64,000 bases of DNA from Candidatus Latescibacterota bacterium (GTDB taxonomy: Bacteria; Latescibacterota; UBA2968), in the NCBI GenBank assembly GCA_965204375.1, contig OZ241986.1, positions 288,001-352,000 on the forward strand. The letters are read 5' to 3'. How positions within the stretch are numbered: the stretch's first letter is position 1; each line of letters opens with the position of its first letter. Positions 19,936 through 30,325 of the stretch are shown one piece after another. The translations under genes were made by a program, and so were the position numbers. A model generated the notes under the pieces. The model saw nothing but the letters and a program-made list of their open reading frames with translations. It did no database searches and was not told the DNA's origin.

Positions 19936-21993
19936 TTGGCAACGGACGAACCAAGAGATACAGAAGAAACAAAAGAGGATCTGACAGAATACGAACAGAT
20001 TATGCCAGAGGACGCGCCTTTTGAGGATGGCTTTGGCTGGAAGACGATATGGGCGACGGCGTTCGTTGGGATTGTCATGTTGCCGGGGGCGATTTATCTG
20101 GGCCTGGTGACCGGACAGAGCATGGCTGGCGCGTCTGAGTGGGTGACGATTATTCTCTTTTTAGAGATTGCCAAGCGCTCTTTTGTTCGGCTCAAGACAC
20201 AGGAAATTTTGATTATCTATTGGGTCGCTGCAGGGCTTTTGGGCATTGGGGTAAAACTCGGTTCCGGTGCGCACCTTTACGGTGGACCTTTTGGAGGGTT
20301 GATCTGGGATCAGTATTTGATTCAGTCGCCCGCGGCCAAAGGTCTGGATAGTTATATCCCAAATTGGGTGACACCGCCTCTGGATTCGCCGGTTTATGCC
20401 GAGCGCACGTTTGTGCATCCCGACTGGATTTTGCCGGTGTTGATTCTGTTTCTGGCCATGATTATCAATCAAACTGCGCGGCTGTCTTTTGGGTATGTGA
20501 TGTTTCGCATTACCAGCGATATTGAGCAATTGCCTTTTCCGCTGGAGCCTGTCCACGCAAGAGGTGTTACGGCACTGGCTGAAACATCGGCCAAAGCCGA
20601 AGGGTGGCGATGGCGCGTGTTCAGCACGGGAACGTGTATTGGTCTGGTGTGGGGACTGCTCTATGTAGTTGTGCCCACGTTGTCGGGTATTTTTCTGACG
20701 GAGACCGTTCAGGTTTTGCCCATTCCATTTATCGATTTTACCGCCGAGGTGAAGACCATATTACCCGCTGCAGTGTTTGGCATAGGAACGGATTTGGGGC
20801 ATTTGTTGATCGGGTTTGTCCTGCCGTTTTACGTGGTGGTGGGGTCGTTTATCGGTGCTGTGCTTGCCAATCTGGTGATTAATCCAGTGCTTTATCTTCA
20901 CACAGATGTCTTGAGCCGATGGGCACCGGGTATGACGGCGATTCCCGCAAGTATTTCCAATCGTTTTGATTTCTGGTTGAGCTTTGGGATCGGCACTTCG
21001 TTCGTGATCGCGGCCACTGGTTTTTATATGGTGGGCAAAACCCTGTTAGAACAGCGCAAGATTCAAAAGGAAACAGGGCATCACTCGGTGAAAATTAGTA
21101 TGGAGGATTTGCCCGAAGGCCGAGGGGATATACCGATGAAGTGGCCCCTCGTGTTGTGGATAATGGGTTCTTTGGCAGCCATTGGGTTGTGCCAGTGGCT
21201 CGTGCCAGAGTTTCAATGGTACTGGCTGGTTTTCTTCGCGTTTATTTATACGCCTGTTTCATCTTATATCGGTGCCCGGATGATCGGTCTTACGGGCAGT
21301 CCTTATGGAGCGAGCATTCCCTATATTCGAGAAGCGGCCATTTTTCTGTCGGGGTATAAGGGTGTGGCGGTGTGGTTTGCGCCCATTCCTCTGCACGACC
21401 ACGGGCTGGCTGTGCGGCAGTTTAAGCAACTGGAATTGACCAAAACGAAGATCGGCAGCTATATCAAAATGGTGGTGATTACGACCTTTGTGATTTTCAT
21501 TTGCAGCTTTTTGTTCTATGAGTTTATCTGGCGGTTGGGTCCCATTCCATCTGCGACATATCCCTACGTGCAGTTGTTCTGGCCGTTTGAAGCTACGATG
21601 CAAACGATGTGGCTCAAATCGACTTTGCCACCTGGAGAAGTACAGGGTGCTGCTGGGCTGGAACTCCTGGCAGATATTATTAAGCCAGAATATATAGGTG
21701 TTGGTTTCGTTGCAGGGGGGCTTCTCTATCTGGCGCTGGTTGCGATCAAGGTTCCCGTATTGGCATTTTTCGGTTTTGTGAATGGCCTGGCGCAATGGCC
21801 GCATTTTGTCATTTTGAATTTTGCCGGGGCTATGCTGGGGCGGTACCATTTTGCCAAGCGGTTTGGCGAGTCCAAATGGAACGCTTACGCACCCATTTTA
21901 TTGGCGGGTTATTCCTGCGGCATGGGGCTTATTGGTATGACCTCAATTGCCGTGGCGTTGATATCCAAGGCCGTGTCTCAGGTGGTTTTCTGA
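19936..21993 (+). CDS. OPT-like multi-pass peptide transporter
   Basis: More than 12 TM segments; DIEQLPFP motif; GGAGG RBS before TTG. Confidence 0.7.
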   Translation: MATDEPRDTEETKEDLTEYEQIMPEDAPFEDGFGWKTIWATAFVGIVMLPGAIYLGLVTGQSMAGASEWVTIILFLEIAKRSFVRLKTQEILIIYWVAAGLLGIGVKLGSGAHLYGGPFGGLIWDQYLIQSPAAKGLDSYIPNWVTPPLDSPVYAERTFVHPDWILPVLILFLAMIINQTARLSFGYVMFRITSDIEQLPFPLEPVHARGVTALAETSAKAEGWRWRVFSTGTCIGLVWGLLYVVVPTLSGIFLTETVQVLPIPFIDFTAEVKTILPAAVFGIGTDLGHLLIGFVLPFYVVVGSFIGAVLANLVINPVLYLHTDVLSRWAPGMTAIPASISNRFDFWLSFGIGTSFVIAATGFYMVGKTLLEQRKIQKETGHHSVKISMEDLPEGRGDIPMKWPLVLWIMGSLAAIGLCQWLVPEFQWYWLVFFAFIYTPVSSYIGARMIGLTGSPYGASIPYIREAAIFLSGYKGVAVWFAPIPLHDHGLAVRQFKQLELTKTKIGSYIKMVVITTFVIFICSFLFYEFIWRLGPIPSATYPYVQLFWPFEATMQTMWLKSTLPPGEVQGAAGLELLADIIKPEYIGVGFVAGGLLYLALVAIKVPVLAFFGFVNGLAQWPHFVILNFAGAMLGRYHFAKRFGESKWNAYAPILLAGYSCGMGLIGMTSIAVALISKAVSQVVF

Positions 21994-22101
21994 GATAAAA
22001 TGATGGATGGAACTTTTATTCGGGCATGTGTCGTCTAATTTGTTGCGATATATGCCCGGATTTTTATAGGTATTTTTACAACCTTTTCAAAGGAGCAGAT
22101 T

Positions 22102-22605
22102 ATGCAGAGGTTTCGACTCTTCGGTTTTTTGGCAGTGGCGATGCTTATGGTTGCGTCCTGCGATGTGTGGGCACAGCCTCAACAGCCTCAAAGGGGTGGT
22201 CAAGGTCAAGGAGGGCGTGGGCAACGCGGCGGCGTTCAGGTGCAGCGTTTTTTGCCGGTTGAACAGGCGCTAACCTATCTGGCGTTTAACGAGAATGTCG
22301 CCCTGAGCGATGAGCAACTCGTCAAGGTGCGCGCGTCACTTAAGGGGATTTACGCAAAAAGGCAGGAGTTACAAAGAAGCCTGCGCGGAAGCAACGACCA
22401 GCAGGCGGCTATGCAGAAAGTGCGTGCACTGCGAATGGAAATGATGCAGGGCCTGACAGCCATTCTCAATGAGAACCAGACAAAGGTATTTCAAGAACAG
22501 ATGCAGCGGATGGGGCAACGCGGGCAACGCGGTCAGCGCGGCGGGCAAGGTGGTCGTGGCGGTGGTCGTGGCGGTGGTGGCGGTGGTGGCGGTGGTGGAG
22601 AGTAA
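22102..22605 (+). CDS. Secreted Spy/CpxP-like helical protein with Gly/Arg/Gln-rich tail
   Basis: AAGGAG RBS, signal peptide, LSDEQ and ILNENQ (LTxxQ-like) motifs, GQR/GGR repeats. Confidence 0.7.
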   Translation: MQRFRLFGFLAVAMLMVASCDVWAQPQQPQRGGQGQGGRGQRGGVQVQRFLPVEQALTYLAFNENVALSDEQLVKVRASLKGIYAKRQELQRSLRGSNDQQAAMQKVRALRMEMMQGLTAILNENQTKVFQEQMQRMGQRGQRGQRGGQGGRGGGRGGGGGGGGGGE

Positions 22606-22644
22606 ATCAGAAGCTCCTCTGCCTGTTTAGTGTTGGAGATGTCA

Positions 22645-22683
22645 AAACGCGGGTTTCTTTGAAGAAGCCCGCGTTTGTTTTTT
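22645..22683 (+). terminator. Rho-independent terminator
   Basis: AAACGCGGGTTTCTT/AAGAAGCCCGCGTTT stem followed by a T-tract. Confidence 0.8.
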
Positions 22684-22747
22684 GCGGTGTGCTTGTTTAT
22701 CACAAAAAAATGGGTTACATTATCGCACATTGCAATGGGAGGGTTCT

Positions 22748-24103
22748 GTGATACCTGAGTCTTTCAAACATCTCAAGCGGCCTTTTTCATTTGCTGTTGT
22801 GAGTGATACGCATTTTGTAACGCGAGATTTTATCGGGCAGGCGTTTGACGCGACAAGACCTCTCAGCACTGAGGGGTATGTGGAAAATGTGACCTATTCG
22901 CTCGCGCCAATGATGGATGCATTGCGCGGTCTCAAACCGGATTTTATAGTTTTGACCGGTGATGTGGCCGAACCTCCGCTGGATCCAGAACACCACCGCG
23001 AGAATCTCAAGGCTGCACTGGATTTTTTTGCCACATGCGATATCCCCCTGATTGTCGCTCGCGGAAATCACGATGGCACTTCGTCTTTTGATGAGGTTGT
23101 GGGGCCGCGTGTTGCACAGTTTTTAGGTGAGATGCCCAAAGCGCATTATTTTTCATTTGAGGTGGATGGTTGCCAGTTTATTGTGCTGGATACGCCGTTT
23201 TGGAATACTGAGCAATGTCAGTGGCTCGATGCCGTGTTGGCAGAAAATGCTTATGCACCGTCGTTTTTGCTGGGACATCATCCTATATGGCCGGTAGCAC
23301 GTGCTTTTTTTTACAACCGCGATTTTCAGACGGATATGGTCAATCTTTTGTCTCGGCACGCGATTGATGCCTATTTTTGCGGACATTCGCACAATCAAAG
23401 TATTGTGTTGCACCGCACGCCCCATTTGCCGGTGTTGCAGTGTATGGGTGCTCTGATTGGATTATCTGACGCGCCGCCTCTTCCGCTCAACCACGTTCAA
23501 GCCCTTTTGCCCACGCCCGATGATCTCATGGCGGTTTGGTCCGGATATATTGAAAATACGGCTCCGGGATGGTTTATGGGATATGTTACACAGGGTCAGG
23601 CGCGTGTGGAATGGCATCATATTAATCGCGGGGCCGAAGCTCTGGTGCGCTGGTTTCGGCCTGGTGACATTCAGACTTTTTGGGCGATGGCTCCCGCGCC
23701 TCCCGCTCAACTCATTGAAGCAAATTTGCAGCGTATTCGCCAGGGGATTCTCCGTTTTTGTGCCTGGGATAGTATGGGAGATGCGCGCGTATTTCTCAAT
23801 GGGAATGAGATTGGCCTTCTGCCGCGTGCAGATAATTTTACGGCCAGTCGTCTGTCTTTACCTCCCAACGCGCTCGCTTGTTTACAGATGGAGAATAAGG
23901 TGCGTATTGAACCTGCTGAGGGAAGTGAGATGACGCTTGGCAATCTGGTTCTCGAAGTGGTTTTGCCCGGTGGTCGTAATGTGCGGTCGCAAGTTTTTGA
24001 AGATATTTATACGTGGTCTAACCGGTGGGAAGGGTATGAATATGAGACGTTGCAAAAGATGAAACCGGGGCGACCGTTATCTACAGTGTTGTCTTTCAGG
24101 TGA
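22748..24103 (+). CDS. Calcineurin-like metallophosphoesterase with C-terminal beta domain
   Basis: SDTH, TGD, RGNHD, GHHP, GHSH motifs; GGAGG RBS. Confidence 0.88.
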   Translation: MIPESFKHLKRPFSFAVVSDTHFVTRDFIGQAFDATRPLSTEGYVENVTYSLAPMMDALRGLKPDFIVLTGDVAEPPLDPEHHRENLKAALDFFATCDIPLIVARGNHDGTSSFDEVVGPRVAQFLGEMPKAHYFSFEVDGCQFIVLDTPFWNTEQCQWLDAVLAENAYAPSFLLGHHPIWPVARAFFYNRDFQTDMVNLLSRHAIDAYFCGHSHNQSIVLHRTPHLPVLQCMGALIGLSDAPPLPLNHVQALLPTPDDLMAVWSGYIENTAPGWFMGYVTQGQARVEWHHINRGAEALVRWFRPGDIQTFWAMAPAPPAQLIEANLQRIRQGILRFCAWDSMGDARVFLNGNEIGLLPRADNFTASRLSLPPNALACLQMENKVRIEPAEGSEMTLGNLVLEVVLPGGRNVRSQVFEDIYTWSNRWEGYEYETLQKMKPGRPLSTVLSFR

Positions 24104-24110
24104 GGACGTG

Positions 24111-26135
24111 ATGAACGATAGAAGAGATACCAACCGATTGGTCCACGAGACCAGCCCGTATTTATTGCAGCATGCACACAATCCCGTTGCGTGGTTTCCG
24201 TGGGGAGAAGAGGCATTTGAAAAGGCTACTGCCGAAGACAAGCCCATTTTTTTGAGCGTGGGATATGCGGCCTGTCACTGGTGCCATGTGATGGAGCACG
24301 AGTGTTTTGAAAATGAGGAAATCGCGCAGATTATGAACGCGCATTTTGTCAATGTGAAGGTTGATCGGGAAGAACGCCCCGATGTCGATGAAATTTATAT
24401 GAATGCCGTACAGGTTATGACCGGTTCCGGTGGATGGCCTATGAGTGTGTTTTTGACGCCGCAGGGTGTCCCGTTTTACGGAGGCACTTATTTCCCACCT
24501 GAGAGCAGACATAACATACCGGGTTTTCCCCAGGTTTTGGAATCCGTTGCCAGGCATTATCGAGAAAAAGGTGAAAATGTTGCAGATGTGGCGAATCGAT
24601 TGCACGAGCACTTGCGAGCGATGGCGCGTATTGATGCATTGGCAGATGACCTGAGTGAGACGGATTTTGACGGTGCATTTCAAAAGATCAGGTCGAATTT
24701 TGATTTTCAAAATGGCGGGTTTGGAACACAGCCCAAGTTCCCAAATTCGATGAATCTCGACGTGTTTTTGCGGGCCCATTTGCGTTCGGGGAACGAAGAG
24801 GCACTTGCGATGGTGACATTGACGCTTGAAAAAATGGCGCGCGGGGGCATTTACGATCAGCTCGGCGGGGGATTTCACCGCTATTCTGTGGATCGCCACT
24901 GGCTCGTGCCTCATTTTGAAAAGATGTTGTATGACAATGCGCTGCTCGCACAGCTTTATACGCAGACTTATCAGGTGACTGAGCAACCGCTTTTTGCGCG
25001 CATTGCCAGGTCAATTCTGGATTATACGCGACGAGAGATGACCGCGCCAGAAGGCGGTTTTTATTCTACGCAAGATGCCGATAGCGAGGGGGAAGAGGGC
25101 AAGTTTTTTGTGTGGACGCCGCAGGAGGTGGTGGATCTATTGGGCGAAGAAGAAGGGGCGGTATTTTGCCGGTATTTCGATGTGGCGGAGCGGGGCAATT
25201 TTGAGGGTAAAAATATTCTGAATGTCCCGCATGTTTATGAGGTTGATGAAGATGCAATGGCACGCAGATGTGCGATTTTGTTTGATGCGCGAGAAGAGCG
25301 CGTGAAACCCGGGCGCGATGAAAAAATTCAGGTGAGTTGGAATGGGTTGATGATTTCGGCTTTTGCGCGGGCGTATCGGGCGTTTGGCGATTCCGTTTAT
25401 CTGGATAGTGCATCAGATGCGGCCAAATTTATCTTGGAGAATATGTGTACGGATCGTGGATTGTTGTTGCATACTTATAAAGATGGTCGCGCGCGTTTCA
25501 ATGCCTATCAGGATGATTATGCCTGTTTGATCGTTGGGTTAGTCGATCTGTACGAAGCGAGTTTTGAGCCTTCTTATCTCGTTGCTGCCCGCGATTTTAT
25601 GGAGGTGATGATTGATCAGTTCTGGGATGATGAAGATGGCGGATTTTTTTATACGGGAAGAGATCACGAGGAGCTGATTGTGCGTTCAAAAAATCCCTTT
25701 GATAATGCCACGCCATCTGGTAATTCGATGGGGGCGCTGGCACTGCTGCGATTGGGTACGCTGCTGGAGCGCGAAGATTGGCGGGATATGGGTGCTCGCA
25801 TTTTGCATCTTTTTGGCAGGCATATTCGAGAGGTGCCTTCGGGTTTTGGCAATATGATTTGTGCCCTGGATCTCCATTTGCAAGGGGCTGTGGAGGTTGC
25901 TATTTTAGGTGATCGAGATAGAGAGGATACGGTTGCCCTGCTCGATGTGGTGAATAAGACATGGCGACCCAATGTCGTTTTATGTGGGGGAAGTGCTCCC
26001 GTATCTGACGCTATTCCGCTTTTGAAAAATCGCGGCATGATTGACGGACGCGCCACAGCTTATGTCTGTCGCAATTATGTGTGCTCAGAACCCGTTACAG
26101 ATGCCGAGGCACTGGAAAAATTACTGGATGAATAG
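24111..26135 (+). CDS. Thioredoxin-domain/six-hairpin protein (YyaL/SSP411, DUF255)
   Basis: [37 protein letters not shown]. Confidence 0.95.
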   Translation: MNDRRDTNRLVHETSPYLLQHAHNPVAWFPWGEEAFEKATAEDKPIFLSVGYAACHWCHVMEHECFENEEIAQIMNAHFVNVKVDREERPDVDEIYMNAVQVMTGSGGWPMSVFLTPQGVPFYGGTYFPPESRHNIPGFPQVLESVARHYREKGENVADVANRLHEHLRAMARIDALADDLSETDFDGAFQKIRSNFDFQNGGFGTQPKFPNSMNLDVFLRAHLRSGNEEALAMVTLTLEKMARGGIYDQLGGGFHRYSVDRHWLVPHFEKMLYDNALLAQLYTQTYQVTEQPLFARIARSILDYTRREMTAPEGGFYSTQDADSEGEEGKFFVWTPQEVVDLLGEEEGAVFCRYFDVAERGNFEGKNILNVPHVYEVDEDAMARRCAILFDAREERVKPGRDEKIQVSWNGLMISAFARAYRAFGDSVYLDSASDAAKFILENMCTDRGLLLHTYKDGRARFNAYQDDYACLIVGLVDLYEASFEPSYLVAARDFMEVMIDQFWDDEDGGFFYTGRDHEELIVRSKNPFDNATPSGNSMGALALLRLGTLLEREDWRDMGARILHLFGRHIREVPSGFGNMICALDLHLQGAVEVAILGDRDREDTVALLDVVNKTWRPNVVLCGGSAPVSDAIPLLKNRGMIDGRATAYVCRNYVCSEPVTDAEALEKLLDE

Positions 26136-26156
26136 AGTTTGGGATGCTAATTTGAA

Positions 26157-26414
26157 ATGCCAACAATACTATTGATTTCAGGCTGGCGACTTTTCTTTTT
26201 TTCCAATGAAGGCAATGAGCCTGCTCATATTCATTGCAGAAAAGGAGAAAGAGAATGCAAGTATTGGCTCGACAGAGAAAATTTTGATCTCGAAGAAGCT
26301 TATGCTTTTAATTTATCACCCCGAGATCGCAGAGAAATTAAGAAAATTATTTTTGAACATTTTGAATATATTGAACAGGAATGGGATGCGTTTGAACGGA
26401 GGCGCCGACAATGA
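26157..26414 (+). CDS. DUF4160 protein (putative TA toxin)
   Basis: GWRLFFFSNE..EPAHIH...KYWL. Confidence 0.85.
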   Translation: MPTILLISGWRLFFFSNEGNEPAHIHCRKGERECKYWLDRENFDLEEAYAFNLSPRDRREIKKIIFEHFEYIEQEWDAFERRRRQ

Positions 26415-26677
26415 AAAAATATCACGATGTAAGAGACCTCTATTTTCAGGATGATGAAATGGTTGTAACCATTGATGGGGAAACGAAAAAGTTTGTGCTC
26501 AGTGAGATTTCACCTGTATTGCAGGAGGCATCTGTTGAAGAGAGAAATATGTATGAAATTTCTCCTTCGGGTTATGGTATTCACTGGCCGTTAGTTGACG
26601 AGGATTTGTCAATTGATGGATTGCTGGGCATTGTTCATACACCACAGACAATATCGACGGGACAGCAATACGTCTAA
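26411..26677 (+). CDS. DUF2442 protein (putative TA antitoxin)
   Basis: GYGIHWPLVDEDLSIDGLL; ATGA overlap with the upstream gene. Confidence 0.85.
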   Translation: MKKYHDVRDLYFQDDEMVVTIDGETKKFVLSEISPVLQEASVEERNMYEISPSGYGIHWPLVDEDLSIDGLLGIVHTPQTISTGQQYV

Positions 26678-26714
26678 CCGTTACTCCTATCACAATTCTA
26701 AGAAAGGATATGTC

Positions 26715-27260
26715 ATGGCAGATGTTTTGATTATAGGCGATGGACCTGCTGGATTGAGTGCCGCGTTGTTTTTGGCGAAGAATGGTCAGAATGTGACGGT
26801 GTTTGGACAAGATGGAACGCCGATGCACAAGGCGATGCTCTACAATTATCTGGGTATTCCCGAGATGACGGGGAGTGAGTTTCAGCGGGTAGGGCGGGTG
26901 CAGGTTCAGAATTTGGGCGGCACAATTGAGGATGTAGAAGTGACCGGTGCCGAAAAGACCGATGGCGGTTTTGCCGTTACAACGGGGGATGGAGATCGGC
27001 GAGAGGGGAAGTATCTCATTTTAGCCACCGGCACAAATACCAAATTGGCCGAGGGGCTGAGTCTGGCTAAGGAGAATAAGGGTATTGTTGCCGATGGCGA
27101 TGGCCGCACTTCGGTTGAGGGGCTTTTTGCAGTGGGTTGGAATACGCGCCTCATCCGCACACAGGCGATTATTTCCGCCGGACAGGGCGCCGCGACGGCT
27201 CTGGAAATTTTATCGCTCGAAGCCGGCGAAGATTTCCATGATTTTGATGTGGTTGAATAA
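26715..27260 (+). CDS. Short FAD-dependent pyridine nucleotide-disulfide oxidoreductase-like protein
   Basis: DVLIIGDGPAGLSAA, LILATG, TSVEGLFAVG, QAIISAGQG; no CxxC. Confidence 0.85.
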   Translation: MADVLIIGDGPAGLSAALFLAKNGQNVTVFGQDGTPMHKAMLYNYLGIPEMTGSEFQRVGRVQVQNLGGTIEDVEVTGAEKTDGGFAVTTGDGDRREGKYLILATGTNTKLAEGLSLAKENKGIVADGDGRTSVEGLFAVGWNTRLIRTQAIISAGQGAATALEILSLEAGEDFHDFDVVE

Positions 27261-27393
27261 GTTGGGATAAATTTCTCCGGGAGGTTCCTTGCATGCCCTA
27301 TACAGACGGACGGGCATCTGGAACCTCCTTCTTTATAAAGATAAAGACAAACCTTTGTATTCACCCATTTCTCCGTTTGTAGAGGAGATCGTC

Positions 27394-28986
27394 ATGCGTG
27401 TTTTTCTTTTTTTGCATTTCGTGTTGTTCCTATTTCTCAGTCCTGTATTTGCGGAAATAGATGTTGCTGTCGTATCTGAAAGCATCGTGCAGGTGCGTGT
27501 GTACAAGAATCATAAGATTTTGGCTGAGGGTAGCGGTTTTGTTGTCAATGAGGAGGGGTATGTGCTGACGAATGCCCATCTCCTAACAGATGCGGATGGA
27601 TTGACAGTCTTATCCCGAAAGACCGGTGCTGAAATCGTGTCACAGCAGATCTTTACCAATCGGGAATTGAATCTCGCTTTGTTGCGCGTGCAAGGTCTGG
27701 ATTTACCGCCTCTCAACTTGTCCGAACAAGGGGCCGATGTAGGCCGGGTCGTGGAAACCCTGAAGATAACTCCTCAGGATAGTATCCAGATTGCTCGTGG
27801 GACTATTGGCGCATACCAGGATGTGCCGGGAAAAAAAGTGAGTGATCCCGTGGCACATCTGCTACAGCACAATGCCATGGTGACTTCCAAAGCATTTGGT
27901 ATGCCTCTGTTTAATGAGTGCGGAGATGTTGTCGCTATTAATCTGCCAGACCCGAAGAGCGGATCCTGGCCGTTTCGGAAAAATGTGGAACCCAGAGGAA
28001 CAGTTTTTGCCTTGCGCAGCGGCGATATCATTACTGTGCTTAAAGACCGGAAGATTGCACATACAGTAGTTGAAGAAGAATGCTTGAGTGCTGTTGAACG
28101 CGCTCAACGAGATAGAAAAATCGCAGAAGATAGTATCAAAGCAGTAGCAGAAGCGGCAAGAGATAGTGTTAGTGCAGAAAGAGTTGCTCGGTTGGCGGCT
28201 GAAAAAGCTGTTAGGGAAAAGCAACAGGAGGCCGAAAAAGCAAAAGCTGCTCGGCTGGCTGCCGAACGGGCGAAGGCACAGGCGGATTCAGCAAGTAAGG
28301 CGGCGGCAGATAGTGTCAAAGTAGCACAAGACAGTATCAACACGGCACGGCTGGCATTAGAACGAGAAAAGGCAAGGACTGATTCGTTAAAGAAGGTGGC
28401 AGAGGAGCGTATTGCCGCTCAAAAAGCAGCAGATAGTCTCGCCGCAGTACATCAGCAGGATCGCGAAAAGACATCTCAAAGATTGCAATGGGCTATCGTA
28501 TCCGGGAGTGCGGTGGTCATTCTGGTACTCCTCGGCTGGTTCATGTTTGCACGCAGGAAGAGGGCGCAATTGCAAGCGACCGCTTCTCGTTTGAGTGAGG
28601 CAGAACAAGAGGCCGAAGTCGCGAGACAAGCCGCAGCACAAGCACCACAGCCCGCGCCTTTCAGATGTCTATTAGAAGGTCAAGACAACACGGGTCAACC
28701 CTTTGCGCTGAGTATATCAGCATTAGCCCTTGGTGCGCCTTCAGGTGCCACGCTTGGAAGAAGTCCTGCCAACGCAGAATTTATTATTGACCACGAATCC
28801 GTATCTCGCGAACACATCAAGCTTTTGTATGCCGACGGAAATCTCTATGTAGAGGACCTGGGTAGCACGAATGGTACCAAAATCAATGGACTTTTGCTCA
28901 ATCCGCGCGAACCCGTGGTGTTGCAGAACAATGATCAACTCGAGTTGGGGCCTGTTGTTTTTCAGGTGCGTTTGATGCAGGAGTGA
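27394..28986 (+). CDS. Inactive trypsin-like domain, coiled-coil stalk, TM and FHA
   Basis: GAGGAG RBS; GSGFVV, TNAH; Asp replaced by Asn (LNLA); SKAFGMP in place of GNSGGP; FHA LGR..VSREH..DLGSTNGT. Confidence 0.85.
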   Translation: MRVFLFLHFVLFLFLSPVFAEIDVAVVSESIVQVRVYKNHKILAEGSGFVVNEEGYVLTNAHLLTDADGLTVLSRKTGAEIVSQQIFTNRELNLALLRVQGLDLPPLNLSEQGADVGRVVETLKITPQDSIQIARGTIGAYQDVPGKKVSDPVAHLLQHNAMVTSKAFGMPLFNECGDVVAINLPDPKSGSWPFRKNVEPRGTVFALRSGDIITVLKDRKIAHTVVEEECLSAVERAQRDRKIAEDSIKAVAEAARDSVSAERVARLAAEKAVREKQQEAEKAKAARLAAERAKAQADSASKAAADSVKVAQDSINTARLALEREKARTDSLKKVAEERIAAQKAADSLAAVHQQDREKTSQRLQWAIVSGSAVVILVLLGWFMFARRKRAQLQATASRLSEAEQEAEVARQAAAQAPQPAPFRCLLEGQDNTGQPFALSISALALGAPSGATLGRSPANAEFIIDHESVSREHIKLLYADGNLYVEDLGSTNGTKINGLLLNPREPVVLQNNDQLELGPVVFQVRLMQE

Positions 28987-28989
28987 AAA

Positions 28990-30312
28990 TTGCAACCGAT
29001 ATGCAACTATTGGCGTGTTGTCGGTTTTATTCTCGCGTTTCTGTTTTTTTCGCGTGATGCTGTCGCTGCGCCAGATTTTGATGCGCTTGAGAAGAGTGTT
29101 GTGCGTATTGTAACGCAGACAAATCAGGGAATTGGGACGGGTACTGGATTTGTGATCAATGATCGGGGTTATATCGCGACGAACGTACACGTTATTGCCG
29201 GTGGCAATTTGATCAAAGCAATACCGACAAATTCCAATACCATGTACGATGTTGATGTGATTGCTATGTCCTATGAACTCGATCTGGCAATCGTACGCGC
29301 GCCGGGGATCAATCTTCCACCGATTACGCTTTCGCTCGCGCTGTCGAGAAAGGGGCAGAAGGTGTGGGCTATTGGTTATCCGGGGGGAGCCGATAGGAAC
29401 AGACCTGCCCATGATCCAACTGTACAGGATGGTGTTATTGGTAGAATTTTTTCAGGTGCATGGAAGACCCAAAAATTCAGGATTATTCAACACAACGCGC
29501 CTACGAATCCCGGTAACAGCGGCGGACCTTTACTGGACGACTGCGGAAGGGTGATTGGTGTTAATACGCAGGCGTCTCTCGTCGTGATTGCCAGCCCATC
29601 CGATGGGGTAACGCGGGTGCCGCACGCGGCGGGTATTTACTGGTCTTCTCATATTGAGGAATTGGCAAAGCTGTTACGTGAAAATGCAATTTCTTTTCAG
29701 TCAGAGGACGATGCGTGTTTGCCGGCTGATTCTACTGGGCGTTCTGCGGAAGTGGAAAGAGCGCGCCGGGAGGCAGAACGAGCCAAGAGCCAAGCAGACG
29801 ATGCGAGCCAGAAATTTCTTATTTGGGTGATATTATTGGGTGCTGTGGCTGTGGTCGCTCTGATACTTGCTTTGAAGAAACCCCGACAGCAGATCATTCA
29901 CGCTGCAGACCATATCAGCCGACGCTTCAAAACAAAAGCACCTGCCGAGGCTGTTCAAAAACGAGTATCCGAAAAACTGCCAGAACACGGTCTGATGCTG
30001 ACCGGGTTTGACGGTAATGGCAGTCCTGTCCGCATTGCGTTACCGCCAGCGAGATTCTCGGGGCAGCATTGGGGGGTTTCATTGGGCAGGCATCCCGAGT
30101 TGGTGGATGAAATTATCCAGGACCAAAATGTATCCAGACGACATGTGCGAATTGAGGCACAGGCAGGTCAATTTTATATCGAAGATTTGAACTCGCGCAA
30201 TGGAACGTTTTTGAATCACCATAAATTGTCTCCGTTTAAGCCAACGCTTTTAGACTATGGGGCTTTAGTGAGATTGGGTGGTTTGGAGTTCATGGTTTCA
30301 AAACTGGAATAG
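28990..30312 (+). CDS. Active trypsin-like serine protease, TM and FHA
   Basis: TNVH, LDLA, PGNSGGP triad; TM IWVILLGAVAVVALIL; FHA LGR..VSRRH..DLNSRNGT. Confidence 0.9.
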   Translation: MQPICNYWRVVGFILAFLFFSRDAVAAPDFDALEKSVVRIVTQTNQGIGTGTGFVINDRGYIATNVHVIAGGNLIKAIPTNSNTMYDVDVIAMSYELDLAIVRAPGINLPPITLSLALSRKGQKVWAIGYPGGADRNRPAHDPTVQDGVIGRIFSGAWKTQKFRIIQHNAPTNPGNSGGPLLDDCGRVIGVNTQASLVVIASPSDGVTRVPHAAGIYWSSHIEELAKLLRENAISFQSEDDACLPADSTGRSAEVERARREAERAKSQADDASQKFLIWVILLGAVAVVALILALKKPRQQIIHAADHISRRFKTKAPAEAVQKRVSEKLPEHGLMLTGFDGNGSPVRIALPPARFSGQHWGVSLGRHPELVDEIIQDQNVSRRHVRIEAQAGQFYIEDLNSRNGTFLNHHKLSPFKPTLLDYGALVRLGGLEFMVSKLE

Positions 30313-30325
30313 GAGCATCTTGTAG

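Noticed and set aside
22513-22600. GGT/GGC repeats as a contingency locus or separate element
   Set aside because: In-frame multiples of three encoding a Gly/Arg tail typical of such secreted proteins
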